Part shown: positions 26,534 to 38,501 of the stretch, in pieces | Numbering within the stretch: position 1 is the stretch's first letter | How the letters are laid out: every line of letters begins with the position of its first letter | Source of the DNA: Mizuhopecten yessoensis | Lineage: Eukaryota | NCBI RefSeq assembly: GCF_002113885.1 | Contig: NW_018404085.1 | Span: 217,761-281,760 of the forward strand | Reading direction: 5' to 3' | DNA length: 64,000 nucleotides | Notes under the pieces: generated by a model | The model's input: the letters and a program-made list of their open reading frames with translations, nothing else | What the model was told of the DNA's origin: nothing | Database searches by the model: none | Translations under genes and position numbers: made by a program

Positions 26534-29115
26534 GGATTACGTTTTGTACCAACAACAGACGTATTTTGTCAACAGTAGTGACAGCCAGACAGCAACATAG
26601 TTGTAAATGTCGCAGCTTCCGGCAGGTGTTCAACAAATATAACAAGTCCTCGTCTATGGGTGGGTTTTGATCTAGCTGGAGGGTGAGGTGTTCTGAGAAA
26701 ACAAAATATTCCATCAAAAGTTAATAAATAAGTAAGTATAAACTTTTTTTTATTTAACAACAATAATGAATTATGAAACAAGTTTTTACAACTTATAGTT
26801 ATCACTCTTGTTGGCCCGGATGCTATCGCGCGGGGTATCTCACTGTGGGAGAAAACCGGAGTACCCGGAGAAAACCCACGAAATCGGGCAGGTGACCCCC
26901 ATCCCCCCCCCCCCCCCCCCCCCCTAACCATAAGTTACTGGGGATACTGCCCATTTCTCCTTTATATATTCAAGAAGCTGTTTAACGCAGAATTCCACAA
27001 GGCAAACACTACTCTCGCCGATTCGTCCCAGAAAAACAGAAACAGGTCAAAACACCCATTTGAAAACAAAAAATGTCTGCAAACGTTCTGTCTAATAATG
27101 TTCGCATTACAAGAAATTAATTCTCTATGCATGTAAATTGCATTTTCATAATAATGTTGTTTGAAATCTGCTGAATAATCAAGATTATCGTCAAACAGAC
27201 GTTCCGATGAAAAGGTCGAATAACAGTAACGATAACTAGTTTTCTACTGACAAACATATTACAGGCATTTACGTAACATAGGTAATTTTAACACTGAGTT
27301 TTATAATAAGTAACTTCTTTTCAATAAATCTTCCCGACTTCGTTTTTTCATTCTATTTTAATCAATTTCGGCATACAACTATAAACTTATCCAGCAGTTC
27401 TATTTGAGTTCTATTATTTCTACCATTATTGGCCAAAACAATGTTTATGTCTAAATCTAACAATGTGTCTATAAGAATGACGTCGAAGAAAAATGACACC
27501 TCAATAACATAGACAAATTGAATTGTATCAGTAATAAAATCTCAGAATAGTTTTGCAGTTGTGTACATTTTGTTTTTTAAACTCGACCATTAACGAAGTC
27601 AGAACTCTTTAATGTAAAATTAAAACAGAATCCAATGGGAAAATGGCGTAGGCCTACTGTGAACGATACGTCACTGCATATACGATATCCCAAAACGTTC
27701 CTTATTTTTCTGTCGAACGCAGAACCACCGAGTCTTCTGATGACTGAACGGATGTTTACAGTAGGTACAAGTAACCACTGTCAAATTGAATTACACTTAC
27801 CTGTGCACACGGCACAATATCAAAAATAGCCGGAAGAACTATTAAAAGTTTTAATTTGGAGCTGGGATTAATTTTAGGTTTGTTACTTGTTGCAGACAAT
27901 TTCTCACCATGTACCCATTCTCGGCAAGGCATGCACACAAATTTTCGTTTTTACACCTATTTAATACAATATTTTTTCCAATCTTACTTGTTCAATGGAG
28001 ATATGCGTAAGTCAAGAATTGGTACTTGGCAAGTATTTGTTTGCAACCAGTTATATAGTATACGAACCCAGTGTGTCCGAGTACGTTCTGCCGACGTGTC
28101 TGATCAGAAGTGGAATTTGACCTTGCATGTGATCATGTTGCGCAATCGACGCCCAGGAAACAGCATTCACTTCTGCGACCGGAACACCCTTGACCAATGG
28201 CTGGGTAGGGTCGTATAGTCGTCCCGTTACATATATGTATAAAGTGACCACAGCATGACGACAGTGTTTGCTGAAGTTTTTCCATACTTCGGACGGAATA
28301 ATAAAATTGCTCACATTCTTTTCAATTGAAAGTGTGAGTTTCTGTAATGTGTTGCTGAGGTTTTCAGCAAATGAGTCTAATATACCAGCATTGATGGATC
28401 CATAGTTCACGTATATTTGTGTAAGGCCTGAGAATTTAGACATTACATGTACGTACCGCTTGTGTCGCACAGGTATAATATTTGTCTGGAACAAATCGTC
28501 GGCAGATAACACCTTCAGCGTATTTGCAGCGTACCCACGACCAAGGGACTCAAGTAGGCGACAACCTTCGAGTAATGAAAGTCTACAGGAAACGACAGTG
28601 ACTGTCTCCAGATACCTAAGCCGTCTGAACAATCTACAGAGAGTACCTATGACCTTATTACGAGATATCCAGAAATGCCAACAATGTTCCAATGCTAAGT
28701 GATGCAACACAAACCCAGTAAGTCGTAATTTTGAGTCGTACAGCAGCTGTTTCAAATAAGTTTCGGCTGCCAGCGCCATAACTTTGACCGTCCGATATGT
28801 CGGTTTACCGAAGGAAACTGTTAGTGTCTTAAGATACCGTCCCATGATCTTGATATATTGACATTCACGCCTCGCTTTGTTTTCTGCCTTCAGCCCAATG
28901 AAATGTACCCGTCTGCGTCGCCAAAGAGACGGGGTGTAAAACAGGTCTCGCCATCGCTTGCAGGCACATGCCATTTGTAGTCTTGCATAGTCACAAAGGT
29001 ATTCATAAATATATATTACTAGTACGTCCGGTAAGCTATTCCATCTAGCATTAACGTCGCAATCGCCTTCCAAACTTTCGAGGTGGGGACCCTCTTGTTT
29101 GTCCAGTTCCGCCAT
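26534..29115 (-). CDS. F-box/LRR-like protein (FBXO39/FBXO33-like); 3' end unresolved
   Basis: Exon 29115-28068 has an N-terminal F-box (WNSLPDVLVIYIYEYL...ACACKRWRDLFYTPSLWR) and LRR-like LxxLxL repeats. Phase-1 join to exon 26692-26534 (EHLTLQLD..LLNTCRKLRHLQL, donor GTAAGT). A further exon is possible at 25421-25347. Confidence 0.85.
26745..26905 (-). mobile_element. tRNA-derived SINE (V/Meta-type core), 5'-truncated
   Basis: Minus-strand core GTGGGTTTTCTCCGGGTACTCCGGTTTTCTCCCAC; homologous to 31110-31611. Confidence 0.75.
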
Positions 29116-30249
29116 TACAACCGAGTATTATGACGTATAACGCAATAACGTCATACTCCGCGCAGATAGTTGCGCCTTTTAAATAGTATTACATATATTT
29201 GTACCTTTAGTGGATTTTTCTTTTGAATAATATGTTACTAGAGCTGATTAACCATTAGTGTGCCGCTGTGCCGATATATCGGCCCAACTACATATACCCT
29301 TGAGTGCCGCATTTGGACCGATCGGCCAGCGAGTCAAACCGTCGATTTGTGATGACGTCACAATACATACATTGTTTGATGAGTATTCTACTCATTTAAA
29401 TATTGTATTCAGGGGCTTTTTCTGAGGTCGATATTTTCACGGTTTTGCTGAAATTTGACATATTGCATGAGCATTTTCCGCAGAATCCTATCCCGTTATT
29501 GTCACGATTTTCCGTCCAACAGACTTTGAGATATCATCCATTAATTAGCTGACAGAAATTGTACGCGTCTGTGAAATAAAACCAGAAAGAAATTGATGTT
29601 AAATGTAGAACGAAACCAATAAATATACATTTGAAAACAAAACATATTTCGAAAATAATCTTTGAACTCCTACTACAAGTGGCAGATTGCCGCTTTACTG
29701 TGCTCACAACAAGTCAAAACTTTACACCTTCGGCAAGTCCGAGATTTTTCATCTATTCGGGCACTCATTTCATCTAACGGATAAAGGTTCTCTCTTTCAC
29801 TGAACTTCACTATCTTTTTTTCATAGGAGGGATTCTGACCTCATTGGCCTCGGTCTCAATCCACCTAATGCTTGTTTTACATTATTCCGCTGAATTTGAG
29901 GTGACGAGTATGACATCATCAGAGTTGTGACATCATCTCAAGTTTATAATGGCTGACGTTTACCAACTATGGATAAGAGTTCTTCCAACAGAACCTATAG
30001 ACCACGAGTAATCCGAAAAATATGCCAGAAAGAGATGCTTCAACTATTGGGTATTTCTGTCTTCTGTTTTCGTTGGAGCTGACTATACACAAAAGTATCC
30101 CGCTTGCCCAGACGTTTTGAAAGGTTTCAAGGGAACAAAAAGTATGGGAGTTGCGTCTTAATTTAAAATTGTCCAACATATATATGCATGCCTGCATTAT
30201 GTTGTCAAACAATTCTTTTTTTAAGTCAGAACTAAATAATCAATAAATT

Positions 30250-30620
30250 CGTCTGTAATTGTCACACTGTACAGTCCCGTCCTATTAACCCCATATACTA
30301 TCCCATCCTGTTATCCCCACACTGTACAGTCCCGTCCTGTTATCCCCATACTGTACAGTCCCCAGTCCCGTCCTGTAATTGTCTCACTGTACAGTCTCGT
30401 GATGTAAACGTCACACTCTACTGTCGCGTCCTATTATCCCCACACTGTACAGTCCCGTCATGTTATTCCCACACTCTACTGTTCCGTCCTGTTATCCCCA
30501 CATTGTATAGTCCCGTCCTTTTATCCCACACTCTACTGTTCCGTCCTGTTATCCCCACATTGTACAGTCCCGTCCTGTTATCCCCACACTGTACAGTCCC
30601 GTCCTGTAATTGTCACAATG
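30250..30620. repeat. ~29-bp minisatellite
   Basis: Unit ACTGTACAGTCCCGTCCTGTTATCCCCAC, about 12 degenerate copies. Confidence 0.9.
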
Positions 30621-31109
30621 TTAATAAAGTCTTGGGTAATATCAATATTGCTTTTTGATAGGTAACATTCAAATATGTCGAGTGGAAGCAGTAAATTCGG
30701 AAACATATGTGGATCTATTCAACAAAAATTGAAATGACATAATACTGTTAGAATCTACCCCGTTGCCATAATGATTCTTGCATCGTTTCTCAATACATTC
30801 TGGTCTATGTTGCAATATTTTATTTCTTGATAGTCTACACAGTGAGACCATTTGTTTGAACGTTTTAATCCTGTTTTAATAATCTGACCTCTAACGTTGG
30901 TCCAAATAATTCATATTCATAAAGATCTCACATTTATAGCACTTTACGCCATTAAAATACTTGCGAAATATAATGGTGCAAAACAGTTCTCAACACATTT
31001 GACATTGAATATGGTTGAAGATCATTCGTTCCTGCACGGCTTTCACAAAATATCATCACACTAGGCCTATTGGTTATTCAGAAGGTTTTTCAACGGTTTT
31101 AGTATGTAA

Positions 31110-31611
31110 ACTTCGTTTTATTTCAACGTATATCAATCATTCTTATTGGCCTGGATGTCAGCGCGCTGGGAGTCTTAATGTGGGGAGCTAAAAGGAGTAT
31201 CCGGAGAAAACCCACGTGGTCGGGCAAGTGACCCCATACCTTTTCACGTCCGATCAGCAGGAACGTGTCTAGGATATTTGAAAGAGGGGGCATATAATCA
31301 AAACGTTAGCCGATCGGAGCGAGGCGAAAAAAAAATGGACCTTTTTTTTGCTTAAAAAACTACGGATCACCCATCGGATGGGGGAATCAGTATAAAAAGA
31401 AATCAGAGTATGTGTTTAATTAACGAATATGAGAAATTGCCATATTCAATACAATATTAGCAGATTACGATAGTTTTTTTTTTTTTTTTTTTTTTTGAAA
31501 AAGGGCGTACGCCCATTACGCCCTCACCTGGACCCGCCCCTGATCAGGGAATCGAACCCCGTCCGCCTAGGTGAAAGGCAAGTGCGCTATCCACTGCGCC
31601 ACCTGACCCCC
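31110..31611 (-). mobile_element. tRNA-derived SINE interrupted by a MITE
   Basis: Minus-strand head GGGGGTCAGGTGGCGCAGTGGATAGCG (A box) ... GGGTTCGATTCCC (B box); GGGTTTTCTCCGG core. Confidence 0.8.
31258..31542. mobile_element. MITE nested in the SINE
   Basis: Termini CAGGAACGTGTCTAGG / CCTGGACCCGCCCCTG; ATCAG duplicated at 31253-31257 and 31543-31547; removing it restores the SINE. Confidence 0.75.
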
Positions 31612-31624
31612 CATTTATGGATTT

Positions 31625-32145
31625 AATACTTTTGACTTTGAATTCAAGTGAAGGCCATTCGTTTGAACAAATATGATAACCCATCGTCCTAGTCAAATAT
31701 CATTAGCCTGGTCAATTTGCTTATTCAGAAGAAATGGTAAAAAAATATCACATTTGACTTCAGTGATATTCAATATGGATGGAAATCATTCCTTGTAACA
31801 TAGCTGATAACCCTTCATCCCAGAATCTCACTGACCAAATAACATCACACTATGCCTCTTGGTTATCCAGAGGTTATTTAAATGTTTTAACACATTTGAC
31901 CCCTGTGGCCTTGAATATGGGTGAAGGACAACTGGACAAATATCATTTGAAAATGAATGGAAAAAAGAAGTGAAGTGGAAAGTATACCTCCCGTTCATCT
32001 ACGTTGCATAACTCGCATTATAGTGTAGGTTCCCGATTATCTGCATAGTTTTGATGACTGTAGGACTTGCCAAGACGTCCTACAGATGCACTGACAGAAA
32101 GGACAGACGGTAACAACATTTCCCCTAATTTGACAGGGGAATATT
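31625..32145 (-). mobile_element. Degenerate HINE-type fragment
   Basis: Units such as TTTGACCCCTGTGGCCTTGAATATGGGTGAAGG are the reverse complement of the 43911 element's units; ends in GACAGACGG..TTCCCC..GGGGAA. Confidence 0.6.
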
Positions 32146-32485
32146 ATATATGGTCATCTGGTATTTAAAACTCAATTCAGAATGCACAGATTCATAGATT
32201 TCAAATTTAATAACATTGTATAAATCAAATAAATTAACAACATTTTACAACAAAATAAGATTGCTGCATCCATACACAATGTATATAGTATCTGATTATA
32301 GATCTACACATATAATATCAACTGTCACACTTGATGATATCTCCGTCTCCTAACTCTAGAACTGTGGTCGGGGTCAGAATTCCACTATCTGTTTTTTATA
32401 ACAAAGAGAGAAAGGAGATTGCAAAGGGGGAAAATGGAACATGTCTAGAGAGGTAAATGAGGTAAATGTGGGTATACCACGGAGA

Positions 32486-32488
<3 letters not shown>

Positions 32489-32529
<41 letters not shown>

Positions 32530-33190
32530 NGGGGCATATATAGCCAGGCAGAAGCATGCCTACATGTGGTGAGTAAACCTTCAATGATTGGGTATTCCTA
32601 AAGGAGGAGTATTTCAAGAATGGGAGGAACATGTCTAGAACAAGGAAAGTGTTTAGTGGTGAAGGAGTATGTTAAGTGGGGGAGGAATATGTTTAGAGGG
32701 AGAGGGAAATGTTTGCTTGCAGTGGGAGGAGCATGCCAAGAGAGGGAGGAGTTTGTCTAAATGGGAGGAGCATGTTGAGAGGAATTTGGACCATGCTGTG
32801 AGGGGGAGCATGTTAAGAGGGAGAGGAATGTGTTTAAGGAGGAAGAAGAATGTTTAAAATGGTGAGAGGGTATGCTTTCAAGGGGGTGTAAAGAGTGAGA
32901 GGAGCATGTTTAAAGGGAGGGAAAATGTTTTAGAGGGAGAAGGGCATGTAGTGGAAAGGAGCATATTTTGAAGAGGAGAACTGAGAAGCATACCTAGAGA
33001 AGGTATGTTTTGAGTGGAAAGGGCGAGTTTAGGGGTTTGTATGCTAGAAGGGAGAGAATCTTGTTTTTAGAGGGAGAAACATGCCTGGAGAGGGAAGAAC
33101 ATGTTTTTAGGGAGAGGAGCTTGCTTAGAATGGTAGGAGATGTTCAGAATAGGGAGGAGCATATTTAGAAGGGGTTGGGGCAGGTCTAGA
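32489..33190. repeat. (GT)n followed by a degenerate purine-rich ~21-bp satellite
   Basis: (GT) x about 20, then recurring GGAGGAGCATGTTTAGAGG variants. Confidence 0.8.
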
Positions 33191-34103
33191 TCCAGAATGA
33201 TATAACGCCATCCATTTTATTCTCCTTTTCTTGATTAACTTCCATTTTCTACTTTAGTACACAAATTGTATGTCTCCTGCCTTGAACAGGCCATCTTTTA
33301 CTCCATCTCATCTATATCAAAGTTTACGTCTGCTTCCTCTTTTAACATTCAATTTCTTATTCTATCTTGCATTCCAAGTCTATATCTCCTTCGTCCTTTT
33401 ACATTCAATTTCTAATTCTGTCTCACATTCCAAGTCAATATCTCCTTCTTCCCTCTACAATCAATCTCTTACTTATCTCACATTCCAAGTCTATATCGTC
33501 CTCTTCGCTTTGTATTCCATCTCTTATTCTATTTACTTTATTTACTTTACATTTACTAATTATAGACTTTTGTAGAGGTGGATATGTGGTTATATGGGCC
33601 CGAGAAAATGATATTAACTGAGACAAAGTTAATTTCAATGTTACATTATCAGGTTCATATAACCACAAATTCACTGAAATAAAAGTCGTTTATTGTTATA
33701 TTAGATGCTAAATTACATTTGAAAATTGTACCGAGGAAAGTGTTCACTGATAAGGTGTCTAACAGCAACACCTGTGTATTATCTCCCCTTAGATCATTTG
33801 TCACCTACATCTGACAGTGTCCCTGTGTTCCTTGTGTATTTCTTATCTCTCAACAAAACTTTCAAATGAATATATACTCATTCAGTGTCCCCTCAATAAT
33901 CCTCTCCATGTACATAGACCCACTACATATTTTGATGAAGTTAGTGTACACAAATGTACGGAATTGTTCTAATTATAATATTTTAATGCAAGTTGTCTGT
34001 ATACTGCAGCATCCACCTATGTACTGTACAACCAGACAGCCTCCGTTGATTGCTGCTCTCTGCTCACTGTTCCACAGCCTGATGGGTTTATGATACGGTA
34101 CTG

Positions 34104-37100
34104 TCAGTATTGGGAATGCTCCTTCAGAAGGAAGTACAAGTCAGCAAAAAACACTATGGTACCAAAGATGAGACCCATAATCATTTGCTGAAACACAAAA
34201 AAACATAAAACAGTTTATAAAAATATGTACCATAACAATTCCAAAGACTTACAGAGCAACAACAGATATGGAACATTGAAGAGACAATCACTGAAACACA
34301 CATTCTATACAGGCTAGATTTCAAAAATAGGAGCAAAATGATCCTTGTGTATTTTTACCATTACCATTTTTAAAACATAAATCACTATACTGGGTTATCA
34401 ACAAGAATACTGCCTTCTTGACAAACATACAAAGGAACATATATTTGAGCTGTTGATTATTGAATGAGATTCTTGGGTACAAAGTGTAACCAGCGGTTAA
34501 TGGACAACAGTTTGGTTATGTAGTGGTTTCACAATGAGCGGTGTTAATTTGACAATATTGACAACAGTATGGTTATATAGTTATCCAGTGTTTATTTGAC
34601 TATATTGAGACATCAGTCGTGTGTAAATAGACCTCACTTGGTAACATATTCAAGACAAGACAATGACAGGATTTTCTATACAGACTTCATCACTTTGAAA
34701 ATTGGTTGCAGCACTTCCTGTTATTCAGACTATTTCTGTATCATCTACAGAAGCCAGGAGTTTATCAATGAGACATTTTACATTCTAGTACCTTGTACAG
34801 GAAGTACAAAAGAACAGGTATTTCAAACATACTGAAGATTGTGCTATACATACCGCAACCATGGCATGTTTTGATCCACCGAGGGCTATTTCTGTGGCTT
34901 TGTATCCGAACGCAAACGCTCCTCCTACTGTCACAGCAAAGTTCACCACGGACCAGATCTGGGAGTTCATAGCTTTCACTGAAAACCAATAAATGTTCAG
35001 GTAAAATAAAAAAATAAAAAATGGCAAGACCAATACTTTCAAACAATGAGTAGTTAATGAATAAGAAGATATACAGTGACTTTGTTTAAATCATAGTAGG
35101 AGGAGGGAAAAAACATGTGATCTAATCAATGATACATGGAAACTGTTTTCTACTACAGGTCATGAGATGATTGAAATGACCAAAGAAAATACATATATAG
35201 AATGCAGAAATGTTGCCATTGAAATTAGATTCTATCTAACATTCCAAACATTTACAATGTGTGACAGGGGAAAGAGAAAAAGTAATGGCCAGACCAGGGT
35301 TCAAACCCGTAACCCTCCGAAACCCCCGAAGACACAACTATTTACAACTCAAGTTTGGGTATCCCCTTGCTAAGCGTACTCCTAATGCTTGAAACAAGGG
35401 TTGGCAAGCTCACCAATTTTGTAACAGGAAAATAAGAAAATGTAACGACCAGACCGGGGTTCGAATCCAGAACCCTTCGAACTCTAGACGAACGCTCTAC
35501 CAGCTACCTAGTCACCGACGATCGACCCAGCCCAGTTGCGCTACATATGTATCAATACCTTGTCATTTCAAAATAATGACAGAAAATAAATACTCAGAAA
35601 ATCAAGCTGTGTTTTGAATTCCCTCTTTTGGTACAATACATACCATACTCAAAATGCATCTGAAGTCCTTATGATATTAAATAAGAAAAACAAAGAGATT
35701 TTGAGCAGCTCCCTTACAATTATATCTCTTGAGGGTTTATTAGGGAAATAAATAAAAACACTAGGGATCGGTTCAGAATCTCATTATTTCCTTTCCTACA
35801 TATATATAGCGACTACAAACAGGTGCAGTACATGTCCCTTTAAGTTGTTAATAAGTAGAAATCTGGGAAATATCTGCTGTTTATATACTAAGCATACAAA
35901 ATTCTCACTTGATAGTCCAGCTGATCTGTTCAAATTCAATAAATCAACTCTAATTTGAAAAATCTGCAGCTGTTGTCCTCACTCTCTTGATTATTTTCTT
36001 GAAATTGTTTGTTTTCTTCATAGATTAATCTTACCTTCTGCACCAATATTCATTTTGTCCACACTGTTCTTTTGCTGGAAAAAAAAGGAATTAAATTATT
36101 TTTCTATTTTAAAAGTCTATTTTATATGATCAAATAACAATATTTTTAATATTTTAATATTTAACTGATACTAGTACTTACTGAAAAGAAAAAAAATCAG
36201 ATAATAGTCCTGATTAGCAAAGTTAAGTGAATAAAAATCATGACCAGCAATACATACAGTCAACTTCAACTGTTTCTATTTTGTTAATCACTATGTACAT
36301 GCATGTATTCAAGAGTAAAAATCTTTAACATGTACATGTACTTACAGATTTGTCTACATTTCTTGTCATTTCCCTGTATCTCTTGTTGTCTTGTTCTGCT
36401 TTTAATTTCTGTATTCTTGCTTCCAACTCAGGATTCTTTAAGTAATTCAAAGTGAAAATCAGAGAAACTACATATTTGGAACCAATTTAACATTTGCAGT
36501 AACATTCAAACTTCATCCTCACCTGACATCTATTACAAACAAACTCTGTATATAGATAATACCATTTGTACAGGAGTATTTTGAAACCATAATGTCACTA
36601 TTATAAGGCCTGCATATAGACACAAGGGCTTGAATTATAGTATTCCTCCTGAAACCATGAAATAGCAACAAAACAAAAAGTTATAATATTATTAATAATA
36701 AAAGAAACTAACTTAAACAAATCTGTACTTCATATGTTCTGCACTGTATTGCTGAAGACTGGCAGTTTATTTTAATTCATGGTTGAGGATCAAGCCCTGA
36801 GATTTATCATTTAAATGTAGGATTTATATTGATAAAACACCATTCAATTCCTATAAAACACTTACACGGGGTGGTAACTTGACACATGGCAAACAAATGT
36901 CACTATCTTGTAAAACTTCATGAAGGTAGCGCTGTTTGTGACCTGAAGACAAGAATTGATATATATAGGATATTCTATGATTTCCTGTTGAATATCGTTT
37001 TTATATTTCATAAGTATAACAGATCTTGAAAAATATATAGTATACCAGTATGGAACTAAAAACCAAAAAACAACAGGAAAATGTCTGTGGCTGTTAATTG

Positions 37101-38205
37101 TCAAAAATAATGTGTTGGGACATCACAATATTATGACCACTATATTCTGACATCACAATCAACTTTATATCATCATTGGTGAAAAATCACAAGCTTGAAT
37201 ATCTTCACTTTCACTGTTAATTATCACAGAGACAATTCAAAATCAATCTGAATAATGGATTAATTTTAGATGCATATCTTATATAACACATTCACATTTT
37301 ATCTTAATTGGATTGGGCTGTTCTCCAGCAACCAGGTATAGCTTATTATATAATTAATATATCGGTGAGAATCCTGGTCTGGCTACTGCTGTTTTTGTAT
37401 CAAGTAACATCTGGCACCCTAATAAACATCCCCAAGCAAGATGTTATAGAGGCCAATGTGTCCTCGGGGTAAAAAAGTAACAAAAACTTAATGTAGTTAA
37501 TGGAGAGAGGAGTGTAGTGGAAATTGACTGAATCAATCACCAGCATCTTGGTATACGTAGCTCAATTGATAACTAGAGCTCTGTCTAGAGTTTGGAGGTC
37601 CAAGATTCGAATCCTAGTCTGGCATTTGCATTTTTCCATTCCTATTACATATTTGTTTTATATCGCCAGTTTACAGATGGTGCTAATTATTCTCAACTTC
37701 GAAATAAAGTGAACATTTTCATCTAAAAATTATGTACTCCACATGACAGACTATACAGAGTTCTAACTACAGAGTGTACGGAACGGTAACTCTGTGTGAA
37801 AATTGAAATAAAGTTTCAAAGAATTGCTTCCCCTTGACCATTTTTTTTAACTATGTGTGCCTGCATTTTTTTCATGAACTGGAGTTGAACACCAGAGTTC
37901 ACCACATCCCATAACAATTATATTTGATCAATACTAGAATTACAGTTGATCTTCTTCCTGTAAATTTATATAAACCGTATAAATGCAAACAACTGCAATC
38001 ATGTGATAATGATAATTGTGATGAAACAAGCACCTGCTAGTTTGTTTCTGCTGTGTATATCTCTAATTACTCTAAACGATATACTATTTTGGTCCTTAAA
38101 GTTCTGTATATGAGCTGCGATATCACTTTGGTATGTATCGTCAAATTTTAGGGAATCTTTCAGAAACTCCAGAACCGATTCCGTGAATAACACTGCGGGC
38201 TCCAT
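34104..38205 (-). CDS. TMEM199: V-ATPase assembly factor TMEM199/VMA12, 195 aa, 6 exons
   Basis: Exons 38205-38034, 36942-36866, 36435-36346, 36074-36035, 34978-34854, 34187-34104, GT-AG with consistent phases. Motif YLHEVLQDSDICLP..PPRNPELEARIQKLKAEQDNKRYREMTRNV; two TM helices VVNFAVTVGGAFAFGY and IMGLIFGTIVFFADLYF. Confidence 0.95.
35260..35545 (-). mobile_element. TRIM-like element with tRNA-like terminal direct repeats
   Basis: Two direct repeats (35420-35545 and a deleted copy at 35260-35346) with TG..CA ends and a B box; TTGGTG follows the first repeat. Confidence 0.5.
37300..37649 (+). mobile_element. TRIM-like element, second copy
   Basis: Degenerate repeat ending TAACA, then TCTGGCACCC (PBS-like), then purine tract GGAGAGAGGAG directly before TGTAG...TTACA (37513-37649), which carries A/B boxes. 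Confidence 0.55.
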
Positions 38206-38501
38206 TTCTACTGTTAGGCAAACCGGAAGTAACACCGAACAACCGGAAACTACATGGACAGGTTTAAAACCAAACGGAAAGGGGGTAACGTTTGAATATA
38301 TCAGAAATAAAGTATGAAAATAACAAACCAAATTAAGTTACAGTTACATAAGTTTTTAATCTTATTTTTCAAAATAAGGGTAACAGTTCTATATACTAAT
38401 GTATATTACTCACCTGTAATATTGCTTTTACTCTAGAATCTGAATTTTCCCATAGTAGACGTTTCCAAAACGTACGAGAAAAACAGAAAAAAGATGGCGG
38501 C
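38206..38501. promoter_or_regulatory. Bidirectional promoter of TMEM199/SFSWAP
   Basis: Divergent ATGs 288 bp apart; ETS/GABP-type CCGGAAGT at 38223 and CCGGAAAC at 38243; YY1-type AAGATGGCGGC over the SFSWAP ATG. Confidence 0.75.

Noticed and set aside
31545-31611. tRNA gene
   Set aside because: A/B boxes are present, but the sequence runs into a SINE core with no acceptor stem or terminator.
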